A DNA stretch of 64,000 nucleotides from Hydrolagus colliei (taxonomy: Eukaryota): assembly GCA_035084275.1 (NCBI GenBank), contig CM068756.1:14880001-14944000 (forward strand), read 5' to 3'. The notes beneath the pieces were generated by a model, which worked only from the letters and a program-made list of their open reading frames with translations, made no database searches and was not told the origin of the DNA. The position numbers and the translations under genes were made by a program. Shown in pieces: positions 12,071 to 24,869 of this stretch. Positions within the stretch are counted from its first letter, which is position 1. Each line of letters begins with the position of its first letter.

Positions 12071-12907
12071 AAATTTAAACTAATTTTTCTGCGCTGTTTC
12101 CCCATAAAACACACTGTCAATTCACTTTAGTGAATCATTGGAGCTCGTTGAGACGACCCAACATGGCGCTAATATCACATCAAAAGATCATTATTATCTC
12201 AAACCAACTATGAATTGAATGGATGGCCACGCCTAAATAACAAATCCATACATGATTCATACCTTGTTCTCAAATCAATCGTTTGGAGAAATTATCATTA
12301 TTTAATACAGTCATTCTTAATCATTATTTACTTAACTATTTATTGAAGGCTTCATTTGGAAGGACTGACCCATATAAATCATCCCCAGGATGAATGGCCA
12401 TCGCTCCTCAAAACATGTTAGACCAACGGATTTGAACGGATTTCTTCACCAGGACAGGGCAAAGGGCCTCCAAGATAATTTTGGACATTTTTTTGCAAAT
12501 TTTGCGCTTAATCTGAAACCTCCACACCACCCCACCCACACCGCCCGCCTCCACACACACCCCCAACACACACATAAAACGGATGTCACGCTTTCCGCCT
12601 GCAGTTGCAAAACAAATCGAGGTTTTCTGCCCATTGAACTAAGGCCCTGAATCTCTGAGATCGAGTTAAAGGACAACAGCTGTGGGTTGTTTATTGAAAT
12701 GTTCTGTCCATTCGCTTCTGTGTCAATTGGCCCGCAGCTTTTAATATCATTAAATATATGAATGACACATATATATATATAGTTCAACAAATTTGATGTT
12801 CAGCGCTCTTTCGCATTTCAGCACATTTTGTCGTGGTCATTAAAATCTCTGTCGTTTGGGTTTATTCACATTGTTTGGAGACCATTGTTTTATTCATCCT
12901 TTATGAG

Positions 12908-13180
12908 TGGAGTCCTGTGGCTCAGTGGTTGGAGCTCTCGCCTCTCAAACGATAGACCTGGGTTTCATTCCAGACAAGGGTGAAACTCTGAGCAAATTTC
13001 CTTACTCCACACGTCTGATAATATTCCCTCGAAAAAAGCAATAATATATTAGTCAATTGACTGCCGCGTGTCGCCCACAAATATGCAGTTAATTCATTTT
13101 ACAGTTTATTCTGTGAATCATTTTGAGACGTCTAAAAGACGTGAAAAGCGTCAAATCAAATGCAAGGATTAATATTATAA
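12908..13180 (+). mobile_element. tRNA-derived SINE
   Basis: ggagtcctgtggctcagtggttggagc head and family tail. Confidence 0.85.
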
Positions 13181-14339
13181 TAATAGTATCATTGAAATTG
13201 GAGAAACCAGGTCACATTCACGCTTAAATGCCTTTTCTCTACAAGTAGTGTTTTAACGATGGGATGAAGTGAATATGGGTTAATTTTGATACAATACATT
13301 TGACAAGAGAACGGCTATTCAAGTCATCTGGTGAATCTTACCGTTGAGCTAAATGAAGTGCTGTGGTTATAACTTTAATGTCCACTTTGTGAAATGTCAA
13401 AATGGTTTCTCGTCCTTTCTCACCACTGAAGCCAGATGATGGCCATACAGAGGTTCTTTTGTAAAATATTAATAATATTAACTCTAGGACAGACAATGAT
13501 ACAGAATCAGTTATTGTGATCAGTTGGAAGATTGAACTTTATTTCCATTTGAATTGTATATGAATTCTTTCCTTGCAACGTTAAAATAAACAAGGTCCCC
13601 AGAGATGCGGCCCCACTATGTTGCAAGTGTCATAACAAGCAATCTGGAGGGAACTGATGCTGTTCGGATTTTTTTTATTTGGAACAATGTTTAGGTTGCC
13701 AAGTGTTAAAAGATGCTTCAAGGAGGTCCTGCCACTGTTCACCAGACCAACAGCTCGATGAAACGATTTAACCATAACGAGAAGATGCGTAAATGCGGTT
13801 CATATTGATAGACTTCAGAATGATGGGACGTCATTTGTCAATTAATTATAACATATTGCAATGATACATCCTTACAATAAGAGGTAAAGAAATAGAAGGA
13901 GACACAATTCTGTTATTTAGCAAAATGTGTTCGACCTGATATGAAAGCTAAATGTTTTTAGAGGTTAGAAAGTGGTAGAGAAATTGTGTTGAAACCAATG
14001 CCAGCAATATCGAGCAACAACAGCTGAAGATTTCATAATCTATAGATACATAAGTATACCTTCCTGTTCACATCAAATTCAGTTTTTTCTCCTGTGTTTC
14101 TTTAAAAGTTATAATTTTTGAACTACTGTAATTTACCATATTTAGAATAGGTAATTCAAAATAATTTCACGACTGTCGATGGGATATGTTTATCTGCTAA
14201 TTCGTGTGTTTCTAAACAACTGGTACTCATATAAATCAGAGATTCTGGATATTCTTTTCAATAGAAGTATTCTTATTTGCATTATTGTTAGTATTATAAG
14301 TATTATTGTTGTTTGTATATTAATAGAAATAAGAATAAT

Positions 14340-14720
14340 AAGCATTGTAATCGATAATGGAGCCAATTGTATCGAGATAATATCAAATAGTTTCACAGGA
14401 TTCAATGTAAAAACTGACGATTTTGTAGGAGAATAAAGCAGCCAAATTTGCGCACAGCAATGTCCCATAAACAGCCATGAACTGAATATCACTGAATAAC
14501 AGTGATATTTGGGGATTTGAAAGTCGATAAATCAGTGGAACTTAGTTGTTGTTTGTTGTTGTTGGCCAGCACTCTGGAGGAAGAATCCCTGTTCTGTTTT
14601 TTTAGTTCCACATGATTTGAAACATGTATCTGAGCAGGCAGAAGGGACCTCGGTTCAGCGTCTCATCCAAATAGGGGGAACCTCAAGACACAGAGCGCTA
14701 GCCCGCCATTGCATTGGATT
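14340..14720 (-). mobile_element. Old DeuSINE/SacSINE1-like element
   Basis: gggacctcggttcagcgtctcatcc and minus-strand gctgtgcgcaaatttggctgc core; family name from recollection of the consensus. Confidence 0.6.
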
Positions 14721-15059
14721 GTCAATGCAAACTGTAATCTTCATGTTTTGACGTACAATATCCACAACGTACAACGTACGTACAACATCCACAACAATGC
14801 GTTCAGGTCAGAATATAATACCAGATAAGCAATTCAAATTCCCACTTTGCTGTGTGGTATACATTCACCGCCTCCCATAAACACAACAACAAATTCGCAC
14901 ATAAATATTCATTTATGTGAATATTCTATTGATGAAAGTATTTCAGGTTAAAACAAAATATTTTCCTGTGTACTCTGCTATCCTAACATTGTATGAGAAT
15001 GGATAATTAAACAAACAACTTACGCATAACGATTTCAAAATCCTGGAATGCACGCCATG

Positions 15060-15350
15060 TAACATTCTCTGCTACTACTGCATTCAAGCGAGAGACCTGG
15101 GTTCGATTCCAGATAGGGCGAAACCTTAGGAAAGTTTCCTTACTCCACACGCCTAATATGAATTCTTCAAAAAGCAAATTAGAGTAAATTGGCCATTTTA
15201 ATCCACGACTGTTTGTGGGACACTGCTGTGCAGAATTGGCTGTCGCTTTTCGCCCACAAAACTGTTCATTCAATTCACTTTACAGGATACTCAGTGAAAT
15301 GTTTTGAAACATCTAGAAGATGTGAAAAGTACTATATGAAATGCAAAGAT
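15060..15350 (+). mobile_element. tRNA-derived SINE
   Basis: ggttcgattcc B-box, family core and tail. Confidence 0.8.
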
Positions 15351-16511
15351 TATTATGATGATGATTACTGGATCGGAACATACATGTAAACAATATTTCT
15401 GATTTCAAGGAGTGCATGCTCTAAATGGATTTCTGCATTTCCCAGACATTGTTTCCCTTGGAGGAATGGACTATCAATGATTGATTAAACTACTATATTG
15501 AAGTTCATTCAACAATTTATTTCTTGCAATTGAAAATGATTAAATCAATGCTGTTATATGCAATTACAATGCAGGATACAGATTAGAGATTTTAGGCGAG
15601 TGCTCCTACAGATATCACACACAAATGCAATAAAACGCTTATTCTTTGCAAAGGCATAACCGTCATCCTTACAAAAAACAATACCTCAATTTTAGTATAA
15701 CATAACACGCAATGTAGGAGACCTTGTGATCAAGTCTCGGTAGTTCACACATGCCTGTGAGCACAGTGTAAAATAGCCTGAAACTTGGGGTAGAATGACA
15801 AACTTGACTTCGTTTTCTGGTGGCAAATTTTAAACTTTTGTTTTATTATTATTTAATAAAATATTTTAAAAATTATTTAATAAACACTTTACAGATTACG
15901 TTTGGTCTACTATGTAATATTCATAATTGTCGGTTTATTGGAGACAAACTGCTCCAGGATGATGTACAATCTTTTGAGTCTTGAAGGGGAAGTGTGGGAA
16001 TGTTCTAATATTTACCGAGTGAAGAACAAGAGTTGATACTGTAGATATATTCCGACTCCTAAACGGTATAAATCGAATGAACTCAAATGTGTCTGTTATA
16101 ATATATCAGTCCACAATGTGTAATCTTTAGTTTCTTCCAATCGGTGCATTTCCACCAGCATAATTCAGTCGCTTTTCGTCGTTCCTTCCTTCTTTCATCT
16201 ATAATTAAACAAGCAATGCAATTGTGAACATTATCGATCTTCGATTATGTGGTTCTTTGCGATGGTTGCTGCTACTCACTCTAACAAATTGATAGTTGTA
16301 ACTGAAATGTTTACAACAAGACTGCAAATGTCAAATATTTTAGCTATACTGCAGTTTGAAATGGCAATTCAACATATTCGGACAGTACAATTTATATTTA
16401 TATCGCGCCTTTCACGTTGGAATGAGGTCTGAAAGCGCTTGACGCTATCGGTTGGGCACCCGAGCTGGAGACGGAAACCTAAGTGCGGTGTAAGACTCCG
16501 ACACAGAGCTG

Positions 16512-16712
16512 GCTGGGAGCTCTCAGCAGGTCAGGCACAGCGATGGAGAAAGGAAAGTGGAGAACGTTCATGGTCCATGACACCTCATCAGAACACTTCA
16601 TGATGAAGGGCCGTGGACCTGAAAAATTGACCCACTTTCGTTTGTTCAGATGCTGCCTTAACTGCTGTAAGCCAGTTTTTGTTTCAGATTTCCACTATCT
16701 GGAGTATTTTGC
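16512..16712 (+). mobile_element. Palindromic ~200 bp non-autonomous element (same family as 33460-33663)
   Basis: gctgggagctctcagcaggtcagg...cagatgctgcc...tttcagatttcc. Confidence 0.65.
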
Positions 16713-17104
16713 GTTTTATCACAGATCAAATCTGGTTCCATTTGTCCGAAAGACAACACAAATTTAGTACAACTTTTTATATTTCCAAGTTATCTTCAAT
16801 ATTAGTCAGCCTCGTGTAAGCACAGCATGTGAATGCCGAAATAAATATTATTATATAATAGGATAACCAATTAACAGATATGGAACTGATCGCACGCATA
16901 TATTTTTCAATATTGTTCCAGGCACCTGGAGATTTGGAGGAGATATCTTCATATCCACAGATTACGAGAGAATCATCCAGTACAACATCTCATTTCCAAA
17001 ATCTAAACTATTCTTCCGGTTACCGGTGAAAACTCGTGAGCTACGATACAAATAATTGTGAATGAAACCACAATATTATTTTGAAACACAGAATGCCTCC
17101 ATAC

Positions 17105-17219
17105 CTTTCAAGCTGTGAGATTTTAACATGGTCAACAATGAAGATGGTCAACACGATCACTACCAAGAAACAGAATATAAACCGTAAAATCGTCAGGTTC
17201 TCCGACATTCCACAACAAT
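17105..17219 (-). CDS. R2 exon 4: stalk plus TM with Arg (activating type)
   Basis: gttttctag|AT..GAA AG|GTATGG; DCCGMSENLTILRFIFCFLVVIVLTIFIVDHVKISQLE; phase 1 fits the C1 donor. Missed by the ORF track. Confidence 0.85.
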
Positions 17220-18058
17220 CTAGAAAACAAATATCGAAGCGTAAACTGTTTATGCGAAATCTGCTAGATAATTAGGATATATTGGGGAAATGCACACGTT
17301 TTTAATTAATTTCCATTGGAAGCTACAATGCAGTGGACGAATAATATAAACTGCGCATTCCATTAATTAAAAACAACTACAAATTGGTGTGAGAAACCAA
17401 TGCACAGTTTATTCGTGACCTATATTATGCTGTAGCGGTTGCCGCGTGACTATGTGCTCAGATTCAAATGTACCAGAGAAAATGACTATTTCGACTCGAG
17501 CCATGGAGGGGTGGCCGCCATTGTAATCCAAACTGATTCAATTGGACATCTACTATTATTCTAAAAAGTCTATGAAACATCTTACAATCTAATTTATTTC
17601 ACTGCAGTAATTGTTCTCATAAAGCAAAAGGCACCGAAAGATGTTATCCAAAATTGAATGAATTGATGAACGAATAGTATTTGTGTTTCCTTTGTGAACA
17701 TGTATCTGTCCAAAAGTACAATTTCTGATTTCAAACCTAACTGCAGGTGAAGCACGCGGGACTCTTTCATTTTACCACAGGACGAAACACGCTACTAACA
17801 TTTTAAAGGAAATATTTAACGTTTAATAACCAGATTATTCCTTCACTATTTCCTCAGTATTCTGCAAGAAAACTATGTATTTCTAATTTTATTTGGAAAT
17901 AGATTAAATATATTGCGTATAACACTTTAGTTAACAACAGTTGTGTTTAGCAAATTACTTGCGTTGGAAATAGAAACAGTAAATAAACAAAGGTAAATAC
18001 AATTTCCAGTAAGAAGATGCTCAACAAATAACAAAATAAAGACAAATAGGCATCCTAC

Positions 18059-18379
18059 CATCCAATCCTGTGTGTGGATTAGAAACGGTGTAACTGGCAA
18101 CCACTGGATTCGGGTGGCAGACATGAGATGCCAGACAGGTATAAACAACCTCGATCTCTGAAGGCTGGGTCTCTTCCACAGAGCTGGAGACTTCGTAAAG
18201 TCCATTTGAATTCTTTTCTTTCGTGACATTGATCCCAGTTCTAACTTCATTCCCATTTTCAAACCACGTGAGCGTTATATCCCCCGGGAAAAACGCAGCC
18301 GTTTTACACACAAGAGTCTGAGGCTTTGATGAATCACTTTCAGAATCTCTGGGGATTATCTTGAGCGGGGTCGGGGACA
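18059..18379 (-). CDS. R2 exon 3: Ig C1-set domain
   Basis: ctgccctacag|TG...GAT G|GTAGGA, 321 nt, phase 1-1; LVCKTAAFFPGDITLTWFENGNE...YTCLASH. Confidence 0.95.
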
Positions 18380-18963
18380 CTGTAGGGCAGAGAATGGAGC
18401 AGAATCGTGTCACTTGTGATCAGTTGGAATATAAACATTATTCTAATTTGAATTGTATAATAACTATTTCCTTGGAGGGTTTAGAAAGTTAAGGTACATA
18501 ATTTTAACATTGCGATTTTCAGAAATGGCGTGGAAATCTTCCCATCACATGGAATAATTTCGTTGTGAAATCCAGTCCACAGTGGCTTCAGATGCAGAAT
18601 TAAGTGGAATATTTAACAGGGAGGCAGACCATAGCTGTAAAGAGTTTGGAGAGAGGTGAAGAAATTGGAGTAAAAGCTCTGCCACCTTTCTGCAACAGAA
18701 AAACCTTTAGTTTGGGAGCATAACGTTCCGAATTCATTTCCGAAATCCATCTTCCTCCCCTTTCCGTCTCTACAGTCAATCCCAGCTGAACACACACCTC
18801 TCTGAGTGTCTTTTCGGCCACTCTCCCATCCCAGGTGGATTATAGCTCTGCCTGCCATGCATTCTTTGCCATGCGCTTCAAGCTGCTCTCCCAACAGTGA
18901 GTTATATTAATGTAAATTCAAGTGAATCTACAGTGAAGATCTCAGCCAAATCATGCCACTTAC

Positions 18964-19269
18964 CACAAACAGTTAATTTCGAACCAGTTCCATTAACCGC
19001 TCTATTATCCGGAATGACCAGGCTACAGTAATAGATCCCAGAGACCTGGATGTCTGCAGCCAGGAGATGGAAGAAGGCGCTTCTTGAACCATTGAAACCA
19101 AATTCTTTCGTTTGATCCTCTCTGAGGAATCCATTCGCTCCCAGCTTCCACCAGTGAACTCTCACACTCCTGGTGACAGGGAAGCCACAGGAGAACGTCG
19201 CCTTCTCACCTCTGTTGACAATGATATGATCCGGTTGTTGTGTCACTGTGAAGACTGTACAGTCAGCAG
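18964..19269 (-). CDS. R2 exon 2: V-set domain with germline J-like end
   Basis: tttctgacag|CT...TGT G|GTAAGT, 306 nt; ATFSC, HWW, SGIYYC, NGTGSKLTV. Confidence 0.95.
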
Positions 19270-19427
19270 CTGTCAGAAATAAATTCAAACATCGTTTTGC
19301 AACAAAATACAACGAAATACACACAGAGCAAGTTAGAGATGCTCTTGGCTTATTCATGGATCTAAATAAAATGAGAACTTGATCCTTGTTCTTTTTCCGA
19401 AAACTGATATATTGAATAATCACAAAC

Positions 19428-19485
19428 CTTTAGAAATGATCCACACTGTGAGAGACAGACACTGAAACACAACACTCGCCAACAT
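19428..19485 (-). CDS. R2 exon 1: signal peptide
   Basis: MLASVVFQCLSLTVWIISK then G|GTTTGT; 58 nt, phase 1. Confidence 0.9.
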
Positions 19486-19630
19486 CCTGATCTGTGACTG
19501 CGACTAACCCTAAAGCTGTGGCTGGTCTGTGACCAGGGGTTGGAGTTGATTGAGATGAGATGTGACAGTGATGTTTGACTTCCTGACCCTGTGGGCGCAG
19601 TTGGGCTTCCACTCTGATTTGATAACATGT
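19486..19630 (-). promoter_or_regulatory. R2 proximal promoter/5'UTR (conserved in R2, R4, R5, R6)
   Basis: Conserved block ttatcaaatcagag...tcaggaagtcaaacat (GATA, ETS) directly upstream of the ATG. Confidence 0.6.
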
Positions 19631-20324
19631 TTCCAGAATTTCGCCGGATGTGAGATACACTATATTAGTGAGACCCTACGAGAAGACAATTCGCCATTTG
19701 CTCACATGGCTGGAGAGCCAACTTTGTCTATTAGTTGTTGAGAACTCGTTTCTCTAACACTTGGGATCATTATCGTTGCTTTTCTCTCCTTCCTCCTGAA
19801 CTGGCTTCAGGGAATCTCCTAAGTTACCGTGACCAAAACTCTCCCCATCCCACTAGTCCTTGTCAGACTCCACTGGCTCCCTGTCACAAATTACACTCGT
19901 CTACAAAACACTGCCTGCCCTCCTTTCCAATGGCGTCAGCTCAGTTTTCATGAACTCCACCCTGACGCTGTGGAAGGCTCTCCCTGGTTCTCCCCACATT
20001 ACCCCCACTCCTTCCCCATTTTCATGTGATGATGGAAAATCTTCAATTTTGAGCGTACTTTCTGTCACCTTTCCCCCACCCCCGTCACAGAGCGACAGGC
20101 ACCGCTACTGTTCAGCTCTCGGAGAGTCTCAACCGTGTGAAGGACGCTGTATACATGTTGTTGTTTCATTCTATAATGGTATGAGCGAATGCTTCATTTT
20201 AGTCTTCAATTTAAATGTTTAAAAAAATCTTTCATGTCGACAAATGTCAATGAAACCAACCATTTGTAACTAGAAGAGAAGTCATTAAATAGTTCTCAAG
20301 AAAATCAGGCTGACATTGACATAG

Positions 20325-22414
20325 CCAAGTGAGAGCAGTTGAACGCACCTGGCTCAAATCTGGCCTCACGGTCCACCGGCAAATCTGGCTGGACCGCATC
20401 AAATTTTACCGCTCCGCCCTAGCCACCGCCAAATCAGCCTTCTACTCCAGGATAATCCTGGAAGCGAAGGACAACCACTGCCTCCTCTTCGCCACCACCA
20501 AACAGCTCCTCCGCCCCCCCCCCCCCCCCCCCCACCTCACCTCGCAGATCCTCTCCTCAAACGTTCGTTGTGAGGAGATGCTGGACTTCCTCGAGTCCAA
20601 AATTGAGAAAATCCGCTCTGCGGTTTTCTCCCCCCACCACTCCTCCACCTCCGCGCCCTCATCAGTTACTTCAACCCCTACTCACCCCCCATTTCACACT
20701 TTCAACCCCACCACCCCGCTTTCAATCACAAAAACAATCACCTCCATGAAACCCACCACAAGCTCATTGGACCCCATCCCCACCCACATCCTCCGCACCC
20801 AGCTCCATTTGTTAGCCCCGCTCATTTCTGACACCATTAACCTTTCCCTCTCCTCAGGAACCGTCCCTACCTCCCTTAAAACAGCCACCATCACCCCTAT
20901 CCTGAAGAAACCCTCCCTTGATGCGTCGCAACCATCAAGTTATCGACCCATCTCCAACCTCCCGTTTCTATCCAAGGTCCTTGAAAGAGTGGTTGCCTCC
21001 CAGCTCCGCTCTTTCCTTTCAAATCACTCACTTCTTGAACCCCTCCAATCAGGTTTCCGCCCTATCCACAGCACAGAAACTGCCCTGGTTAAGGTCACAA
21101 ATGACATCCTAACCGCCTGTGACCAGGGCTCCCTCTGCCTCCTCGTCCTCCTTGACCTGTCTGCTGCGTTCGACACAGTCGACCACACCATCCTCCTTCA
21201 ACGTCTTTCCTCCCACCTCAACCTTCAAGGCACAATCCTTGCTGGTTCCATTCTTATTTGACCCACCGTTTACATTTTGTTTCTTCCAATGGTTTTTCTT
21301 CAAACCCCCGCACAGTTTCCCACGGCGTTCCTCAGGGCTGTGTTTTAGGCCCTCTCCTTTTCATCCTTTACACGCTCCCTCTGGGTGACGTCATCCGCAG
21401 ACATGGGATAAATTTCCACATGTATGCGGATGACACCCAGTTGTACCTTTCTGCCTCATCCCTCAACCCCCAGATGATCGATGTTCTGACAGCATGTCTG
21501 TCCGACATCGAGTCGTGGACAGGGGACAACATTTTGCAATTGAAAGTGAATAAGACCGAGGCCCTGCTGATTGGCTCAAGCCAGCGCCTCCGCACATCGG
21601 GCGCTGCCAGCCTCAATATCCAAGGCTGCACTCTCCACCTCACAAAGCCAATCAGGGACCTCGGCATCATGTTCGATCAAAAACTTTCCTTCCTCCCCCA
21701 CATCTGCGCCTTGACCGGCACCGCCTATTTCCATCTGCGCAACATTGCCAGGCTCCGTAATTAGCTTACCCCCCACGCTGCCGAAACACTTGTGCACGCT
21801 TACATCACCTCACGGCTGGACTACGGAAATTCTCTCCTCGTCGGCCTCCCCAGTTCCTCCATTCATAGGCTGCAGGCCATCCAAAACTCTGCAGCCCGTG
21901 TACTATCCCGCACCCGCCTCCGCGACCACATAACCCCCACCCTCGCCCGTCTCCACTGGCTCCCCATCCTCCAGAGGATCGAGTTTAAGATCCTCGTGCT
22001 CACCTACAAGGCCTTATACGGCCTTTCCCCATCCTACTTAACCGATCTACTCTCCCCCTACACGCCCACCCGGACCCTCCGTTCAACAGGACTTGGCCTG
22101 CTCCAAGCCCCCCGCCCGAACCGCCCCACCATCGGAGGCCGGGCCTTCAGTTTCTCCGCTCCCACCTTATGGAATGCCATCCCTCAATCCCTTCGTTTCG
22201 TCTCTTCCCTTTCCTCTTTCAAGGCCGGTTTGAAGACTTTCCTCTTCGATCGTGCCTTTTGTTCCACCCCGAACTCTTTTACCTCCCCTTCGTGTTTCAC
22301 CCCTTCCCAAACACTCCCCTCCCAGCTCAGGTCACACGCCTCCTGTTCAGCGCCTTGGGACGTCCTCCCGATGTGAAAGGCGCTCTATAAATGTAAATTG
22401 TTGTTGTTGTTGTT
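20325..22414 (+). mobile_element. L2-clade LINE, 5'-truncated, RT region with one frameshift and one stop
   Basis: [50 protein letters not shown]; frameshift ~21243, TAG at 21762; (gtt)n tail. Confidence 0.95.
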
Positions 22415-22689
22415 GATGGTGAAGCTCCCAGCTCAAAGCGTTTAATGCAACATGTGCCCGAGTCCATTACATTTGACTGATTCCAGAACAGAAGGTTCCG
22501 TGGATTCCATGGATTTGATTTCCAATTGATGTAAAAATCTGTGCATGAGATATTGTTTTGAATGACAATGTTCAATCAGCTTGAAAATACATTCGATAAC
22601 TTATCAGCAATGCGTTTTAAGTCTCTTCCGTTTCGCAAAGACACTCGGTCAAAAGGACCAGTACTTAGTGTCAGCTTGTCTCAGCATTC

Positions 22690-23020
22690 TGCCCGCCGAG
22701 TCACAAGGTTATGGGTTCAATCTTGACCACAGTAGTTTAGAAAATTCCAGTAGTTACGGTGCTATCCTTAGAGTGAAACGTTCACCCGTAATCGGGTTTG
22801 CCTTTAGGGTAAAATCTCCTACATGGATATTGGAAAACAGAAATAATTATCTCCCAGTTTCCATGCCAAACATTCCGGATAAATGATATCGATCATTTAT
22901 TTCATGACTGATTGTTGGATATTGTTGTGAAAAATTGACTGCAGAGTTCTCCTACTGTAAAGTATCATTACATTAAATAATGAGAAACGCCTTTGCCGGT
23001 TTCAAAGCTTGATAAGAAGT
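22690..23020 (+). mobile_element. Old DeuSINE-like element
   Basis: tRNA-like gggttcaatc, ggtgctatccttagagtgaaacg, aaattgactgc core. Confidence 0.55.
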
Positions 23021-23344
23021 TTCTCAAATGGGGGAGATTATGATTATTACTATTCTCGGTCTTCACCAACCGGTGAAGCCTTGTATTAATGCTGCACTGA
23101 AACATATTTGCAGATGACATGATACCCTGATATTTTCTGTAGTTTGTCTCACTCTACAGTTCATTTATTGAAGCGAAGGAAACATATATCCAAGTGGATC
23201 TCTCAAACACATACATAGGGTGACGCCGAAAAGCTTCTGATGAGAAAAGGCTGAAGACCTAACTAACCATAAACGCAACCATTTCAGCATCACGATTCAG
23301 CTGTTTGAGAATCACGGTATAGTAAGATAGAAGTAAAGAAATAA

Positions 23345-23650
23345 TGAAACAAAGCAATACAGAAACATAGAAACCAGACTCAGCTATTCAGTTCCTTGAG
23401 CCTGTTCTGCCATTTTATAAGATCATGGTTGATCAGTACCTCAAGTCCAGTTACTCTCACACCCCCACCACTTCCCACCCATTGCCCCATATCCCTTAAA
23501 TACCCTGCCCTAATAAACATCTTTCTTCCTCTATTTTGAAAATGTGAATGGATCCAGGATCCACAGCCTATTGGGGGGAGAGTCCCAGACTTCCAGTAGC
23601 TTTTGGGTGAAAAACTGCTTCCTAAATTCGCTAGTAAATGGCCTAGCTTT
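23345..23650 (-). mobile_element. CR1 3' fragment (older family)
   Basis: acatagaaac tail; ccagacttcc...gtgaaaaactgcttcct. Confidence 0.6.
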
Positions 23651-24099
23651 AACACAAAAATAGGCAACAACAAAATAACAACAAAATTACGTTTCTGTAG
23701 CACCTTTCACATCGGGAGGATGAAGCCATCCTGTTCTGGATTATCCTTCTGCAGGAAATAGTTTCACTGTATCTACCCTCTCATAAAATCATACAAATAT
23801 GTAGCACCGAAGCAGGATAATTCAGCCCATTGGGTCTGTGCTCACTCTTTGAAAATAACTTTGCAAATCAATCACAAATCCTCACTCCCTTCGCACAGGC
23901 CTACAAATGTGTCCCCCCAAATAGTTATCTACTTCTTTCTTAAAAGTTGTTATTAGGCTTCATTCTGCCAACACCATCCTTGTCGGCCTCCCAAACTCCT
24001 CCTCGCATAGGCTGCAGAACACCCAGTTCTCTTCCCTTATTGTCATTCCAACCCCACTCCCACACACCCCTGCCCCCAACCCCCACCACCTCCACCCAA

Positions 24100-24815
24100 A
24101 CAACAACAACAACAACTTCAATTTATATAGCTCCCTCCACACTGGACGGCATCTCAGAGCGCTTCACAATAGCAGATCCCAGGACTGATCCTGGGGCAGG
24201 GGTAGAAAGGTAACCAAAGGCACAGTCGAAGAGAAAGGTCTTCAGCTGGGAACTGAAACTGAGAAAGGAGGCGGCGAGACAAAAGTAGTGAGGAAGGGAA
24301 TTCCAGAGCATCGGGGCATAGTGGCTGAAGGCCCAGCCGCCAAGGGTGGAGCAGAGGATTCGGGGGACATGGAGGAGGCCAGACCCAGTGGAGCGAAGGC
24401 AATGGGAGCTGGTTTGAAAAGAGAAGAGGTCAGAGAGGTAGGGGGGTGCAGAGGAGTGGAAGGATTTAAAAACATGGGTGAGGATCTTGAAGTCGATCCT
24501 CTTGGGGATAGGGAGCCAATGAAGTCTGGTAAGGACTGGGGTAATGGGGGAGTGAGGTTTGGTGCAGGTGAGTATGTGGGCGGCAGAGTTTTGGATGAGT
24601 TGGATTTTATGGATTGTGGTGGAGGGGAGACCGGTGAGGAGGGCATTGAAATAGTCCAGCCGTGAGGTGACGAAGGCATGGACCAAGGTTTCAGCGGCTT
24701 TTTGGGGTGAGATATTGCCAGAGACGAGCGATCCATTGGAGGGTGGAAGAAGGCGGTGCTGTGAGGGACTGGATGTGGGGGAGGAAGGACAGTTGGGGGT
24801 CAAACCTGATGCCAA
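24100..24815 (-). mobile_element. L2 3' fragment
   Basis: ORF 24123-24815: AETLVHAFVTSRLDY, LHWLPIPKRIDFKIL; (caa)n tail. Confidence 0.9.
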
Positions 24816-24869
24816 GGTTGTGCACAGGTTCGGAGAGTTTCAGGGGAGACCGAGAAGGTCTAAACTCCA

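Noticed and set aside
13490-13800. Segment resembling the intron just upstream of the R2/R3 C1 exons, suggesting a hidden seventh gene
   Set aside because: Only ~90 bp of intron similarity; adjacent translation shows no C1 or V motifs.
14179-14492. Hydrophobic Ile-rich ORFs that could mimic a TM exon
   Set aside because: They derive from the (att/aat)n tail of a SINE; no suitable splice sites.
19430-19660. Conserved ORFs of type ...ETCYQIR..AQLRPQGQEVKHH... repeated at 35159, 35365 and 58379
   Set aside because: These are alternative frames over the conserved promoter and leader; the real coding part is the 58-nt leader in another frame.
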